From Chrysomallon squamiferum (taxonomy: Eukaryota; Animalia; Mollusca), in contig CM022671.1 in assembly GCA_012295275.1 (NCBI GenBank), positions 21,948,001-22,012,000 on the forward strand: a stretch of DNA of 64,000 nt, given 5' to 3'. Under the pieces are notes generated by a model. The model worked only from the letters and a program-made list of their open reading frames with translations. It was not told the DNA's origin and did not search any database. A program made the position numbers and the translations under genes. Positions 39,991-54,876 of the stretch are shown piece after piece. Each line of letters begins with the position of its first letter. Position 1 is the first letter of the stretch.

Positions 39991-40595
39991 CTGTCGAGAG
40001 GAAAACACTCGAACACATCCAGTATTAATTTGCATTGTTGTCAAAATCGGCACACGTGTATACAGGAAATAATTCCTTAAATGTCAGAATGCAGCCAAAG
40101 CTAGCTGTTAATATATCGAGAAGCAAGTGCTGTGGAATACATTACTACATACAGAACGTGATCGAAGAATTGCTGGATTTTAATACGTTTTTTAAAAAAC
40201 AACACATAGTTAACTTGTTTTTAAATCTTCAGTTATAATTATTGCTTCATGCAACTAAATAATATACAAAAACGAAGAGCCCCTTTATTTATTATATTTT
40301 TAACAAAACTGAGCCTTCTCAACAAATTATTAAATATTCTTACATTAAATTAATTTAATACAGGAATGATACATTTTTGTTATTTATATTGCTTTTAAAC
40401 AACAGGTTACTAAATCTTTGTTTGTATTGGCGTCATATTTCATATTCACCCAGTAATGACAACATTCAACATTTTTAAAATCGTAATTTACAAGGCGTTA
40501 TACGATGAATCATATACACAGAAGTAAGAAACTGAGTTATTTAACACGTTTTCAAATCAGAAATTTATGTGGTGCCGTGCATTACATTATATGCA

Positions 40596-40672
40596 GGAAA
40601 GAAATATCGTTTTATTTAACAGCACACTCAACACCTTTTTCAAATCTTCCATTTATACAGTATCAGCATATA
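40596..40672 (-). mobile_element. SINE 3' tail fragment (reverse orientation)
   Basis: GAAAGAAA..GTTTTATTTAACAGCACACTCAACAC resembles the reverse complement of gastropod SINE tails (recalled). Confidence 0.4.
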
Positions 40673-41014
40673 CATTAAACTACAAACAAGTGGTTACAGG
40701 AGAGCTTGAGAGACGTAGCAGCTGTTGTTAATTTAGGATTATGTAAAATGCAAGGGCGTGTGTGAAGATAGCGACTACCAACAAGCACTGAAATTGCGCC
40801 CCTGTCTGAACATCTGACACAGTCTTGCAAATAACTTCACCATAACATCAACTCAAAGATACCAGTCGAGTTTAATATAAGTGCTCAGTGGCGCCCCCTT
40901 CAGTTGGTGCCCCAGGGCACGTGCCATACTTGGCGTGCGCGACTGATAGACTGTCATGGTGACAAACACTAATTATAGCAACGTGTTACGTTTTCCGTCG
41001 TTTTACATTTGTAT

Positions 41015-41570
41015 GGAACAGACTGTAACTAAGTGGTTAGTTCACAAGTCTGGTGCTTGCTAGGTCGATGGATCAATACACTTCATCGTATCATTGAACA
41101 CATTTAAATTGTTTCTCTAACGTCATGGTATGTGCTATCATAAATAAAAATTAAAATAATAAATAAAATTAAATAAAAATGAGAAAATGCATAGTTGGGT
41201 TTTTGAGAATGTGATTATTAATTATTACTGTTGTTGTTGGTGTTGTTGTTGTTGTTGTTGTTGTTGTTATTATTATTATTATTATTATTATTTCTATTAT
41301 GGTTATCAAATATTGCTTGTTATTAATCAAAGCAAGTGGGGTTTTACATGCATCTTCTTAATAAAATTTCGAATCTGACTTCCAGTAAACACAACAATAT
41401 GTCAAAATGTTGTAGTTCTCCTCAGTAGTCAAAGCATATAACTGAAATGTGACAGGTTGTTAGGGTGATTATCTACACCACACCCATCCCAGCCAATGCC
41501 CCATGAATGATTTACCAAAGACCAAGGCAGGTATGTGTTTCCCTGACTCTGAGTAGAAGCACATATGTGA
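41015..41570 (+). mobile_element. Fragmented tRNA/Nin SINE remnants
   Basis: tRNA-like head TGTAACTAAGTGGTTAG...GGATCAATAC, then CATGGTATGTGCTATC near 41124 and CCAGCCAATGCCCCATGA..ACCAAAG..GGTATGTGTTTCCCTG at about 41489-41545. Confidence 0.45.
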
Positions 41571-43756
41571 GGTCATATAAATATTTTAAAGATGCAATTT
41601 TCTCAGTGTTTGTTTAGATTTATGTTGTGGCAGCAATACATACAAATCAGCATGACAAAGTAATTAATCCAAATTAATATTTTATTTGTCATCATTTTCT
41701 TAAATAAATATATGGTCTATGAAAATAAGCAACATTACATGTATTATAAAAAAAAATTAGATTTAAAATTTTTATTATTTATGTTTTTCTTTAAATATCT
41801 TTTATTGGTCTGATTTGCTTTACAACAGAACCATAGAGTATAAACTTTTTATTTAAATTTTATTTTTACACAAAAAAAACACTATTGAAAATACAGTTTT
41901 ATCCAAAAAAAAATAAAAAAAAAATAAAATAAAAATCATTTTCTATCTTGTATGTTTTGAAATCAAACAGGTTCAAAATCATTTTCCATTCGTCTAGAAC
42001 AATATCATACAGAATGTGTCACCATTTTAAAATTAAATTAATTAATTGAAAATAACATTCACACGATGAGATCAGTTTGCATATGAACAACCAAAAAAAC
42101 AAACAAAAAAAAACAACCACAAACAAACTGCACTAGAACAAAATTATCTCCATCATTAAAGAGTTCATCGCTTTCCACTTCTGTCAGATTGTAAATGTCA
42201 TTTCACTCAACTGAACTGCTCTATTGGAAATCATGCACAGCCTGCATTTCCAATTGGACACGGGAAGTTAATTGTTAATGGAAAAACATGTTTTGTTTAT
42301 TTTCTTCAATCATTTCATTTGAATCCCAATCTCTCTCTTTCTCTCTCTCTCTGACTGCTGCACAAAACTTAATTAACAAAAACAATACTCTCCACTTTAT
42401 CTGGGTAATGAAACAAGAATGAAAGAAATGCAAAATTAAAACACTGAAACTGGATTCAGAGATAGGAATCAAGCATGAACATCTGCAGTCTGGTTTGAAG
42501 AAGAATTTTAGCATTTTTTTGTAATCAGCATCTTAATTACCTCCACCATCATGTTATTATTTTTATTTTTATTTTTATTTTTACTATGAAAATACAAAAT
42601 GATTTTTGTATATGTGGGTAATTCATTTTTTTTTTTTTTTTTTTTTGTAAAGAAAATACCTTTTTTTCATAATAATTGTATAAATTTTATTATTATTTTT
42701 TTTTTTTTTTTAAATACTGATTTCTTGGATTTTCTGGAATACAGTGCACATGGACTTCATATGTCCTTCACAATTTCAGTTGACAAATTTTTCACTTTGA
42801 TGCCAGTATCTTCCTTTATTACATCTATGCATCCCACATCACATATAGTAATGATCTATAGCTCATTTTATGTATAATCCTTGTTAATCCATGTTCAGTC
42901 CTAGCTATTCTTACATTATTTCCCATTCTAGTATCAAAGCCTGTTTGATCAAGATTTTTTTCATGGGAAGGCATATAAAAAATATTTTGTTGCTAACTGA
43001 AGCAAGTAGCACTTGATGTGGTAGCGAGAGTCTTCGTCTTTTATATTATCAGTTTATTCAGTTTGAATGAAGATCAAAAAGGATGTTAACTTTCAAATAT
43101 TGTGGCACAGACAAACTTTTTATGTTCATCCATAATTCAGTACTTTTGATATGAAGATTAAATAATAATTATGATGATGATAATAATAGTAATAATAAAA
43201 ACAACAACAATACCAATAAGAAGAAAAAGAAGAAGAATATTTCCCTTCATATATCAAAATAAAAGAACCTTTTCATAGTCTCTAAATTCTTTACAATTTA
43301 TGAAGCTCCATATTACAAAAATAAAATATTAAGATCAATATTTTTCTTATCAATTCACAGAACAGTTCTGAAAAAATTCAAGAATAGATATATTACATTC
43401 AGCATCATCCGACTTCAGCCCATTAAACATTTATCAGTACATTTTTGTTTTTGTAATTCTAACATATTCTGTCCTTTCTGTTACTAGTGTATCATTCATC
43501 ACAGTACTTGAAGCAGCTAAAAGAAGAAAAAAAACAACTTCCAGGCATTTTTTCCCTGTCACAGATATCATATTGCTCATCATTATGAATCTGAGTCCAG
43601 TGAAAAGAAACAAATATCTTGGTAAATTGCCTTAGACAAGAGGTAGTTATTATATCAAACGTCACTGTATTAAATGTGGAAACAAAATCTTCAGGAATTT
43701 CTGTCCTTGAATCTGTTTGGCAAGTGTATCTAATTCTGACTTAATGGAAAATATAT

Positions 43757-43880
<124 letters not shown>

Positions 43881-44049
43881 TGCATATGTGTGTGTGTGTG
43901 TGTGTTTATATATTAATAAATTACTCTGTTCGAACTAGGAAACCAACCACTGGGACTAGTAAGGAGTTTGGACATTTAACACTTGACATAAAAACAAATG
44001 TACAGTTGTTATATTTGTTATTAATTCCCAAGAATCTGGTAAGATTTAT

Positions 44050-44380
44050 TATGGCAGTAATTAACTGAAATTTTATTGACAACAATAATCAAATGTAATA
44101 TTAAAAATTACTGCTTGCAATAATTAAATATAAAATTTAAATAACTGACCACAATAGTTAAAACATAACATTAAAAATAACTGACAGGGATAATTAAATA
44201 TGAAATTTAAATAATTGACTTTAATATTTAAATGTAATATCAAAAATAACTGACAGCATTAATTAAATATGAAATTTAAATGATTGACTATAATAATTAA
44301 ATGGATTGTCATTTAAATTACTGACTAATAAATAATTGCACAGTCATTTCCATGAAAGACTGTGATAATTAAATTAGTAA
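44050..44380. repeat. Degenerate ~35-bp AT-rich tandem repeat
   Basis: Recurring AATTAAATATGAAATTTAAATAACTGAC. Confidence 0.75.
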
Positions 44381-45274
44381 TGTTCGTGTCACTTTCAGTT
44401 GGGTGTGGTCTAATTAGACTGTTAATGAAAATTGATCTGTAATTTTATATCAAAACATCTGTACATCATTCTCTGATTTATTCATTTTTGGTGGTCTTTT
44501 TTTTCTTCCTCAGAGTATATTCATTGTACTTACAAACATTTATATATTATATATTTAAGAATGTCAAAGAAATGAAAAAAAAAAAAAAAAAAATGTTCCT
44601 CTTTTGTTTTTTAAAGTCTAGGTGTATAAATGAAAAATGAACAATACATTGAAACAACTGTTAACAATAATAAAAAATAAAACAATAATAATAATTTAAA
44701 AATTTATAATGATAATAGTAATAAACAAACAAACAAAATAACAAAAAAAAATAAATACATAAATAAATAAAAGCACTTAAAATCATAAACATATGTTAAC
44801 ATAAAAAAAAAAAATTTTCTTTCACCATTTTATCTTAAAATACTTCACAGATTATTAATCAAAAAAAAAAAAAAATAATAATAATAATAATAATAAACAA
44901 AAAAAAATTCTTATAACAACAAAAACAACAACAACAAGAATAATAATTATAGTAATGCTTAAGAAGAATCTTCAAAGACAGTTAATCAAAGACTGGCTCC
45001 AAGCTTGCTATTTCCTTGAGCTACATTTAACAAAGATCTCAAATTTAATTATCATGCCTGCTTCTTTGATCTGAGGTTGACTGCTTTTATCTTTCAAAGT
45101 AGACAATGTGTCAGTGAAAATCTCTGTTTGTTGTGTCATCAAGATAAGATTTAGTTTGCCGAGAGACAGAGAGACAGAGAAAATATGCTCTATTTATTTC
45201 ATCTGCAATTCAATATTTGCAAGTTTCTTAAAAGATTTAGATTTCTGAAAAAAAGGTTTTTATGGGATTTGGCT

Positions 45275-45308
<34 letters not shown>

Positions 45309-46230
45309 GTTTCTGTAGAGATTTAATTGTTTTTAGTTTATTCCACGATTCCACATTATTAAATTCAGATTTAAATTTTGGTAATTTATTGTGGAATTTC
45401 AGCTTTATTAGTTTCTACAGAGATTTAAATTATGTAACTTTATTATGGGATTCAGCTTTGAAATTTCACAAAACATTCAATTATACCAGCTTCCCTAAGA
45501 GTTTAATTTTATTATTTTCTAATACACTTCAGCTTGGTGATGATGATGATGAACATGATGATGATGATGATGATTTTTTTAACATAGCTTATCTGTGTGT
45601 GTGTGTGTGTGTGTGTCTGTATGTATTTTATATTAAGCTGAATATCTGGGGGGGGTTATAGTCTTATATGTATGTGGGTTTCTAATAAACATATAATTTT
45701 GTTTTCCATCATCTCTATAGAACAAACTGGGTTTCTGAACAGTGAACACACAGAATAGCCAGTCCAGTCCTCAAAAACCCAGCACAGTTTCACACTGAAC
45801 TTTATGCAACTGAATAAAGAATCACATTTCTAGACAAACAAACATCTGCCAGTGGAATCTTCGAAAAACAAAATCACAGAACATGATCTGAAATTTCCAA
45901 GCACAAAAACAAACCAGGAAACCACGACAGAGAGCTTGAGTTGCAACAAAGAAAAGAAAAAAAAAAAAAAAATGTTTTCTCAAAAATGTCCACTGATTAA
46001 AAAAGCAGATGTCTGTTGTTAACAGACGATAAGGGAACTGGAAAGACCCAGTGATGTTTAAAATAAGAGAGGTTAACGACCTTGCTGTACATGTACTGAC
46101 AAATACACAACTCTGTCTTTTGGTCTCTGCCCCTTCCTGTGCTGTCTCTGGTTTTTTTCCTCAGTGTCTGTTTCATACTCTCTACCTCTGTGATTTATCC
46201 GTATCTTCATACATACATATACACACAAAT

Positions 46231-46261
<31 letters not shown>

Positions 46262-47280
46262 TACATATATATATACATACATACATACACACTACATATA
46301 TACACATATATACATACACACACATATATACACACACACATACATAGTACATAACGTATATACACACACACATATATATAGGCCTACACATACAGGGACG
46401 CACATACACACATACATATAAACACATACATATAAACCCACAAATAAACATACATATAATATACACACATACACATGCATACACACGAACATATATCTCT
46501 GTTTCTTGGTATTTTAAATTTTTTATTTTCATATAATAGTATTTTTGAGAAAATATTTGACGCTACCATTCAGCTGTCTTAACATTATCCGTATTTTTTT
46601 CTTCTTCTTCTTCTTTTATTCAGTTGTTTAAAATTGTTTTCCAGTTTATATATTTACAAGTAATATATTATTACTTATTTATTTGTTTAATTAGTTTCAT
46701 TTTTTTCCTTCTTTAGAAAAAGTGACATAATATTATAAACTCTAAACCTTTAACAATTAACCCACGTTTTTCTCGGCCTTCACTTCTGTTTTTTCAGGTG
46801 AGAACGTCTTGACATCTCTCCAAACAGGTGTGATCTTTCATTACAAGCAACGGGCGTGTCCACTAACTTTTTTTTTGTTTGTTTACTTCCCAGGTTCAGT
46901 GTCAGGGACAATTGCCTCTCTTGAGCCAGTTGTGTTAAAGAATTTCAAACTGTATAAAATTTAACGATCTTCACTGTATACACAGGATTTTCTGTGATTC
47001 TGTACATACAATTCGTGTATAAAATTTCTTTGCCACTAACCTTAAGGATGACCCGTATATGTAATATTGTTTATGGTATCTCAACTATTTCCCTCTGAGC
47101 CAGCCCTTTGACATGATATTAGCTATAATATTGTTTTTAAGTAAATTATTCAATGAATTTCTAGGTTTATCGGAAAAAATATCTTGTTCGTTTTCATTAT
47201 TTTTGGTACGGTGTGTAAAAGTTCCAATAAATACATTAACTATAGACATTCTTGCTTTTAACATTTTTCGATACTAAGAT

Positions 47281-47316
<36 letters not shown>

Positions 47317-47696
47317 TTATGTTCAATCGTTTTTAAACTGCTTATTATAATCATTTAAAGAGAAAGACGTGTATTTTCGATCTTGCAATCCACTGCACAA
47401 CTGTCAAGCCCTCGATCACCCAGCAAGATTTCTGCTGCAGCTAAATCTGCTTCAGATACCGCGCCTATTTTCAGAAGTATTCGCTTCTATCTGGGAACTT
47501 ATTTAAACCACCTTAAGTGTTAGATAACACCGGTAACTCGAGTCTCGCGGAATCACAACGGATCTTGGTTAGTGTTTAACGAACCCGAGGAACGTTCTAA
47601 GAACCTGCCCGGACGCTCAGGATGATCGTTTTTCGGGGATATCAGCGGCAAAACCTGGCGTTAATAAAGCATGAATGAGACTGAACGGCACCTTAC

Positions 47697-47850
47697 CTTG
47701 AGAACTTCTGATCCGTTACCAGATAATCTCCTGGTCAACAGAGGTCACCGTTTTGCAGATGTTTATCAACAGCAGTGGCAAAGAACGTTTTACTCTGGTA
47801 CACGAGACAAAATATTTTATTTATGACTCTAACCTTGAAAATATGACCAT
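47697..47850 (-). other. Candidate non-coding 5'-UTR exon (154 nt)
   Basis: Long poly-T tract plus gttccaattcAG acceptor, donor AAG|GTAAGG, stops in all three frames. Confidence 0.55.
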
Positions 47851-48034
47851 CTGAATTGGAACAAAAAAAAAAAAAAAAAAAAAAAAAAATTCTGCACGGG
47901 GTGTGGTCTCACAATGAATACGTCAAGGCTTTAATTTGTCGAGAACGAACAGCTAGATTCTAATCAAAGAAATAGAGTCCGTCTCTTTTTTTTATTTACA
48001 CTAAAATCTGAGAGAGAGATGGACGACCACTTAC

Positions 48035-48480
48035 CCAGTTCATTACCACCACGAGAATAATGAAAGAGGAAGGATTTAATGGACTGAATAAACAGGCCCG
48101 TCTAATAGGCTGCAGTTTTATTTGTCGCCTCGGCTCTTTGTCAGTCGCCGGTTCTAAGGAATTCTTCCACGATTCGTTTTGTGTCTTGATCCAACGCCAT
48201 TCGCACTTCACGGCACTTGAAGTTCATCCCTGTGTTTTCTCAAGGAATTTGAGATTCGGCGGAGGGCCTCAAGCACGCCTGACAATGAACGGGAAGGGTC
48301 ACTTGGCCGACGTTGGGTTGGTCGTGTATCTCGTTTAATGATCGGTGCAGGGAATCAGCTGTACAGTTCTGTGTGTAAATACGCGTGAATGGGAAGGACG
48401 TAGTCGTAAGTGTGATCGTGACTCGCAGGTACAAGGATATATAAATAACAAACTTGTTGACTTTAACACCGGCCAAAGTA
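48035..48480 (-). other. Candidate first (5'-UTR) exon; 5' boundary approximate
   Basis: Donor TGG|GTAAGT at 48035, a 184-nt intron to the 47850 acceptor, CpG-rich sequence. Confidence 0.5.
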
Positions 48481-48719
48481 GTTAGATAAATCTGCCACCA
48501 AACTGGGGTTTTTATTTTATTTTATTCAACGGTATCAGATAAAACTGGTTCAGCACCTGATTTAATTTCATTTCACGAATCGTGCGGCCATCCACTTATT
48601 GAAGATGATTATTACAAAAATAATATGTGTATGTTTATTTCTATTCGTATTTCATTTAATCTATCCATCTTGACCATTTTTGTAACAATAAAATATCTTT
48701 ATGGTGTATATTCACGGGC

Positions 48720-48796
<77 letters not shown>

Positions 48797-49395
48797 TCTA
48801 TAAACACACACACACATAACACACACACACACAGACACTAACATACGCTCTCGCGAAAATAAATAAATCTCTATATCTGTTTCTCCGTCAGTGTTTCTCT
48901 GCCTCCTTTCAAAAGTTTTGTTTTTGAATTTCATCTGAGACTTTTCTACAGGGTTTAAATTAAACGACTATCGTAGCATAACGCTTCACCTTTAAAACTC
49001 TGCTCTGTGTAACACTTTCTCCCACTTTCTCTGACCTCTAATACGCCATGCACTGACCAAGTCGTGCACTAAAAAACAGTCGTAATAAACAAACGCATTC
49101 CTTTCTTAGCCCAAATTCCACAGTCCACTGTACCAATGATACACTGGCCTAGAAATCCTAGCGTGTGTGCACGTGTATACAACAATGAAAACTGTGCGTC
49201 CTAGTTTTAACGTAAGTTTATTGTATTACGTTATAATGACGACGGTAGGGGCGGTTCTACTATGAAACATGAAGTTTGAAATTTAGGGTTCCTAATCCAG
49301 TTATGGCCTGAAATCCCAAACTGTTTATTTTATTTTATTTATTTTATTTTATTTTATTATGTTTTTTAAATCAAAATCTAAAATGTGTTAAATTT

Positions 49396-49431
<36 letters not shown>

Positions 49432-50809
49432 GTAGCAGCAGTTGTAGTAATAGTAGGAACAGTAGCAGTAGTAGTAGTAATAATAATAGTAATAACAGTA
49501 GTAATAGCAACAGCACTAGTGGTGGCAGTAGTAATAATAATAGGAACTTGTTGTAGTAGTAGTAGTAGTAGTAGTAGTAGTAATAGTAATAGCAGTAGTA
49601 ATAGTAGCAACAGCACTAGTAGTGGCAGTAATATTAATAGGAACTTGTAGTAGTAGTAGTAGTAGTAGTAATATGGTGATCATTCATAGAACAGTCTCAG
49701 TGAAGAACACAGCAGTAGTTACTCAGACTTCGTTGCTGTGGTGAAATGCTTACATAACAGTTCAGACTTCAAGGTTCCAAAAATATTGTTCCGCTACTGA
49801 ATGACGGCGCCCTACATGTTATCTTAAATACCGCGACTGATAAATTTAAATAATAATAACAACAACGACAACAAATAAAATTTAATTTTGAAAGTTAATT
49901 TCACAAAATGATGGTATGTCCCTACCATTTCTTTATTCAAAAACAGGACCCGCCCCCTTTTAAACATGTCCCTAAAAATTACGCATTCTGTGGTAAGAGA
50001 ACATCAGGACAACTGAACTGTTCCAGCAGGTTCTTGTGTAGGACGTGAACCGCCGCACGAACAAGCTGTAAATTCCGAGCAGTTACCATTGTCTTCATGT
50101 TTATCTGGTGAAGTCAGCGCGACCCTCTCGCAATCCGTTTTCCAGGTTGCTAACACATTGCAAGATTTACATCTACCGTTTATAAAACGTCTTGTACAGC
50201 TGTAAAGAGCCACGAAGTTTCCGTTGTAGGAGAGTTCGTTCCAGTGGACAAAGTTACAAATTTCAAAATCCTAATTACTGGGTGTTTTATTTACTTATTT
50301 ATTTATTTAGTTTTTAAAGCACAAAATAATAAAAAAAAATTAATTAATTAAAAAAAAAAAAAAATAATAGAAGAAAAAATGGAAAAATGAGAGAAATAAA
50401 AAACGGAAAAAGTAAATCTCTGTCTTAAATCGTTCTATAAAATAAAAATGATAGGACATTTTAAAAATTATTATTATTATTTTTTATTATTTTAGTTTTC
50501 CAGCGCAGTTATGTAATGAGTTAGACTAATTTTTACCAGTTATCCCATATTTTTAAAAATCTAAGTAGATGAATTTTTCCAAGAATTTTTTTGACAACTG
50601 GAAATGACCTAAGGTAAAAAAACAAGGGAATCGAATCTCGCTATATTTATCGTCAAAGGTTGCATTTTACAGCAGAACAAATATTTAAATCTTTTCTCGT
50701 TTTATTCAATCAGTAATGTTACAACAAAGTTTTAATTCTCATAATTTAACTGCGATTTTTGTTTTTAATCTTTATTTATTTATTTACTTCTTTTTTCTTT
50801 CTTCTGTAA

Positions 50810-50840
<31 letters not shown>

Positions 50841-50906
50841 TTCTGCGATCTGAAGATTATATTCTACGTCATTCACGGATTCCAAGTCTTTTATCATTTA
50901 TATCTC

Positions 50907-50962
<56 letters not shown>

Positions 50963-51018
50963 ATTTTATGCGAATCTGCATTTCGAAGTTAACCGAGAAG
51001 TCCCGAATGATGTTTCAG

Positions 51019-51110
51019 TGACGTCAATAAAAGAAAAACGTCACGGTGGGCAGCCATTGTTATTGTCATGTAGTTTTTCACTTGTTACAAATTCATCTGT
51101 TTACGGTAGG
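51019..51110 (+). promoter_or_regulatory. CRE (TGACGTCA) plus YY1-like (GCAGCCATTGT) module followed by a donor-like G|GTAGGA, copy A
   Basis: Motifs conserved in copy B while neighbouring sequence diverges. Confidence 0.5.
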
Positions 51111-51401
51111 AAATAATTATTTCTCTTGTAATATTTTTACAGTTCTTACAACACAAACCGTAGATTATATCAGCATAATTCAAAATTTCCTCCGAAATAG
51201 CACAAATCTTTAATTCATTGAAATGCGTAAGGTTATGAAACAATAAAACAAATTGGTAAGGCAGTGTTAATATAGATCTTGACTAAATAAGCAAAATATT
51301 TAACCACAAAAACGTGCTTTATACGAAACAACACTAATTATAATTATGAAGTAGTGTATATAGAATATATTAGTGTGCTTATGTTTGTGTTTGTGTGCAC
51401 T

Positions 51402-51438
<37 letters not shown>

Positions 51439-51589
51439 CTATCCATGGGTATCCGCTCTGTGTATGTATTGTATAGGTAGGTAACTGTTTATAAAATATG
51501 TGTGAAAAATGTATCTGTAAATTTACTTATGTTTCCACATGAACGTGCATTTGTATTTGAGTTTATGTCTGCCTGTGTTCATATATATC

Positions 51590-53750
51590 TGTTTATATTA
51601 ATGTATCTGTGTTCATCTTATCTGTTTTTATATTAATGTCATGTCTATCTGTTCATCTGTATCTGTGTCTGTGTTTATGTTAATATGTCCATCTTTATCT
51701 GTATTCATCTCTTTCTGTTTTTGTATTAATGTCATGTCTATCTGTTCATCTGTATCTGTGTCTGTGTTTATGTTAATATGTCCATCTTTATCTGTATTCA
51801 TCTTTTTCTGTGTTTTTATCAATGTGTCCATGTGTGTCTGTGTTCATCTCTTTCTGCTTTTATATTAATGTGTCCACGTGTATCTGTATTTATCTCTTTC
51901 TTTGATTACATTTATGTGTCCATCTGTATCTGTATTTATCTCTTTTTAAGTTTATATTTATGTGTCCATGTGTATCTGTATTTACCTCTTTCTGTGTTTG
52001 TATTAATGTGTCCATCTGTGTCTGTATTCATCTCTCTCTGTGTTTATATTAATGTGTCCATGTGTATCTGTAGTCATCTCTGTCTTTGTTCCTATTAATG
52101 TGTCCATGTGTATCTGTGTTCATCTCTGTGTTTATATTAATGTGTCCATGTGTATATGTGTTCATCTCTGTGTTTATATTAATGTGTCCATGTGTGTCTA
52201 TAGTCATATCTTTTTGTGTTTATATTAATGTGTCCATGTGTGTCTATAGTCATCTCTGTCTTTGTTTATATTAATGTGTCCATGTGTGTCTATAGTCATA
52301 TCTTTTTGTGTTTATATTAATGTGTCCATGTGTGTCTATAGTCATCTCTGTCTATTGTTTATATTAATGTGTCCATGTGTGTCTATAGTCATATCTTTTT
52401 GTGTTTATATTAATGTGTTCACGTGTGTCTATAGTCATCTCTATCTTTGTTTATATTAATGTGTCCATGTGTATCTGTGTTCATCTCTGTGTTTATATTA
52501 ATGTGTCCATGTGTGTCTATAGTCATCTCTGTCTTTGTTCATATTAATGTGTCCATGTGTGTCTGTGTTCATCTGTGTGTTTATATTAATGTGTTCACGT
52601 GTGTCTATAATCATCTCTGTCTTTGTTCCTATTAATGTGTCCATGTGTGTCTGTGTTCATCTGTGTGTTTATATTAATGTGTCCATGTGTGTCTGTGTTC
52701 ATCTGTGTGTTTATATTAGTGTGTCCATGTGTGTCTGTGTTCACCTCTGTGTTTATATTAATGTGTTCTTGTGTGTCTATAGTTATCTCTTTTTGTGCTT
52801 ATATTAATGTGTTCATATCTGTCTGTGTTCATCTCTGTGTTTATGCTAATGTGTCCCTTTGTATCTGTGAATATATTTATATGCTCCTTTGTTTTTATTT
52901 GTCTTATTTGTATATATGATTATATTTGTGTCTATGTGTATCTGTATTTATGTTTGCATTGTGTTTAATGTTTATATTTGTGTTCATGTCTATATTTTTA
53001 TATTTGAATATCTCTGTTTATATTTGTGTCTGTTTATATTTGTGTTATGTTTGTGTTTATATTTGCATTATGTGTATATGTGTTTATATTTTATATCTGT
53101 ATTTATATTTGTGTCTGTGTTTATATTTGTGTTATATGTATCTGTTTATATTATGTTATGTGTTTCTGTGTTCATATTGGTGTTATGTATATCTATGTTT
53201 ATATTTGTGTTAGGTGTATCTCAGTTTATATTTCTGTTATGTATATCTGATATCTGTGTTTATATTCATGTTATGGATATCGGTTCTAATATTTCTGTCT
53301 GTATCTGTTTTTATATTTGTGTTATGTGTATCTGTTTATGTTTGTATTATGTGTAATTATTTTTATATTTGTGTTATGTACATCTATGTTTATTTTTGTG
53401 TCTCTTTGTATCTGTGTTTATGTTTGTGTCTGTACCTATGTTTATATTTGTGTTATGTGTATATGTGTTTATATTTGTGTTATGTCTATCTGTTTATATT
53501 TGTCTCCTTTTGTATCTTTGTTTATATTTGAGTCTTTGTATCTGTGTTTATATTTGTGTAGTGTATATCTATTTATATTTGTCTACATGTGTTTTCTTGT
53601 TTATATTTTTGTGTCCATGTGCATATGTGGTTATGTTTGTTTTCATGTGTATCTGTGTTTGTCTTTGTTTTTATGTGTATCTATATTAGTATTTGTGTAT
53701 CCATTTGTGTCTGTGTTTCTGTTTGTATTCATGTGTATCTGTCTTTGTTT
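51590..53750. repeat. TG-rich minisatellite, core unit about 42 bp (GTTTATATTAATGTGTCCATGTGTRTCTGTGTTCATCTCTGT)
   Basis: Direct inspection; best-ordered part about 52040-52850. Confidence 0.9.
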
Positions 53751-54876
53751 AGAGGTATGCGCAATTTTGTGTTCACTGATAAATTCACATATAAACATGC
53801 ATTGTTATATAAAAAAAAGAAAATGAACTAAGACACAAACACTAAGCAGACAATGATTCAAATATTAATATAATCTCATATAACACAAAGTAGGTGAAAA
53901 CCACATGACATGACATCAGCTGTCCACAGTGTAAGTAAGAGGTTCTAGATTGGAATTTATTTCAAACTGGGTATCTAGGAAACAATCTAACTTGGTATTT
54001 TTAGTAAATTATTTTTTTGATTTATTTTATTCCGATCATCATTATTTTGGTGAACCATCAAAATTTGTGTCCAAATCTGTTTTTTCTTTCTGTTTTGGTT
54101 GACGCTTCTAATTTACTTTTTCTATAGAACACAACTGCATCTTTTATTTATTTTCCGATTTTTAAATTTTCTTTCTTTGATATTTTGAAATTAAAGTGAT
54201 TAAATATCAGTTTCCATAATTTCATAAATAAATAAATAAATAAATAAATAAATCAATAAATAAATTAAAATTAAAATTAAACAAAAAAAAAAATCAAATC
54301 AAATCAAATCAAATCAAATCAAATCAAATAAATAAATAAATAAATAACGTAGATAAAACAAGTAGATAAATAAAATCTAAAAAGTAAGAATAAATAATAA
54401 TAATAATAATAATAATAACAACAATAATAACAATAATAAAAATAATGACAATAATAATAAGAAGAAGAAGAAGTAGAATTTACAAATACAAATTTATAAA
54501 TATATTGGTATTTATAATATTTATAGAGGATCATCTGTAGTTTAGTGTTAAATAAAGAAACAGTAAAAGTAAATGACAATAAAGAAAATAATTATTTACA
54601 GTATTATGATAATATTTTATCAAAGAATTACTATTTATGAAATATCCAAATGGTTTTATATTTTAAAAATTCGATTTTTTTAGTTAGTTGTGCTCTATAG
54701 AAAAAAACTAAATTTATTTAAATTTTGTTTAATCATTTTTATTTTTATCTATTTATTTTATTAATTTTAATTATTTTTTAAATTTTATTTATTTATCATC
54801 ATTCCTCACCATTTGTTAAAAATTTAAATATTTAAGAATTTTGTTAATTAATAATTTTACAATAACTTTTATAAAA

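Larger units (their letters stand above)
47380..50260. promoter_or_regulatory. CpG-retaining promoter region
   Basis: Abundant CG dinucleotides compared with the CpG-poor 1-40 kb region (visual estimate); GC box CCCGCCCC near 49949. Confidence 0.5.

Noticed and set aside
40790-40945. GC-rich GCGCCCC-containing patch
   Set aside because: Probably a small DNA-transposon remnant, but no termini or TSD can be defined from the sequence alone.
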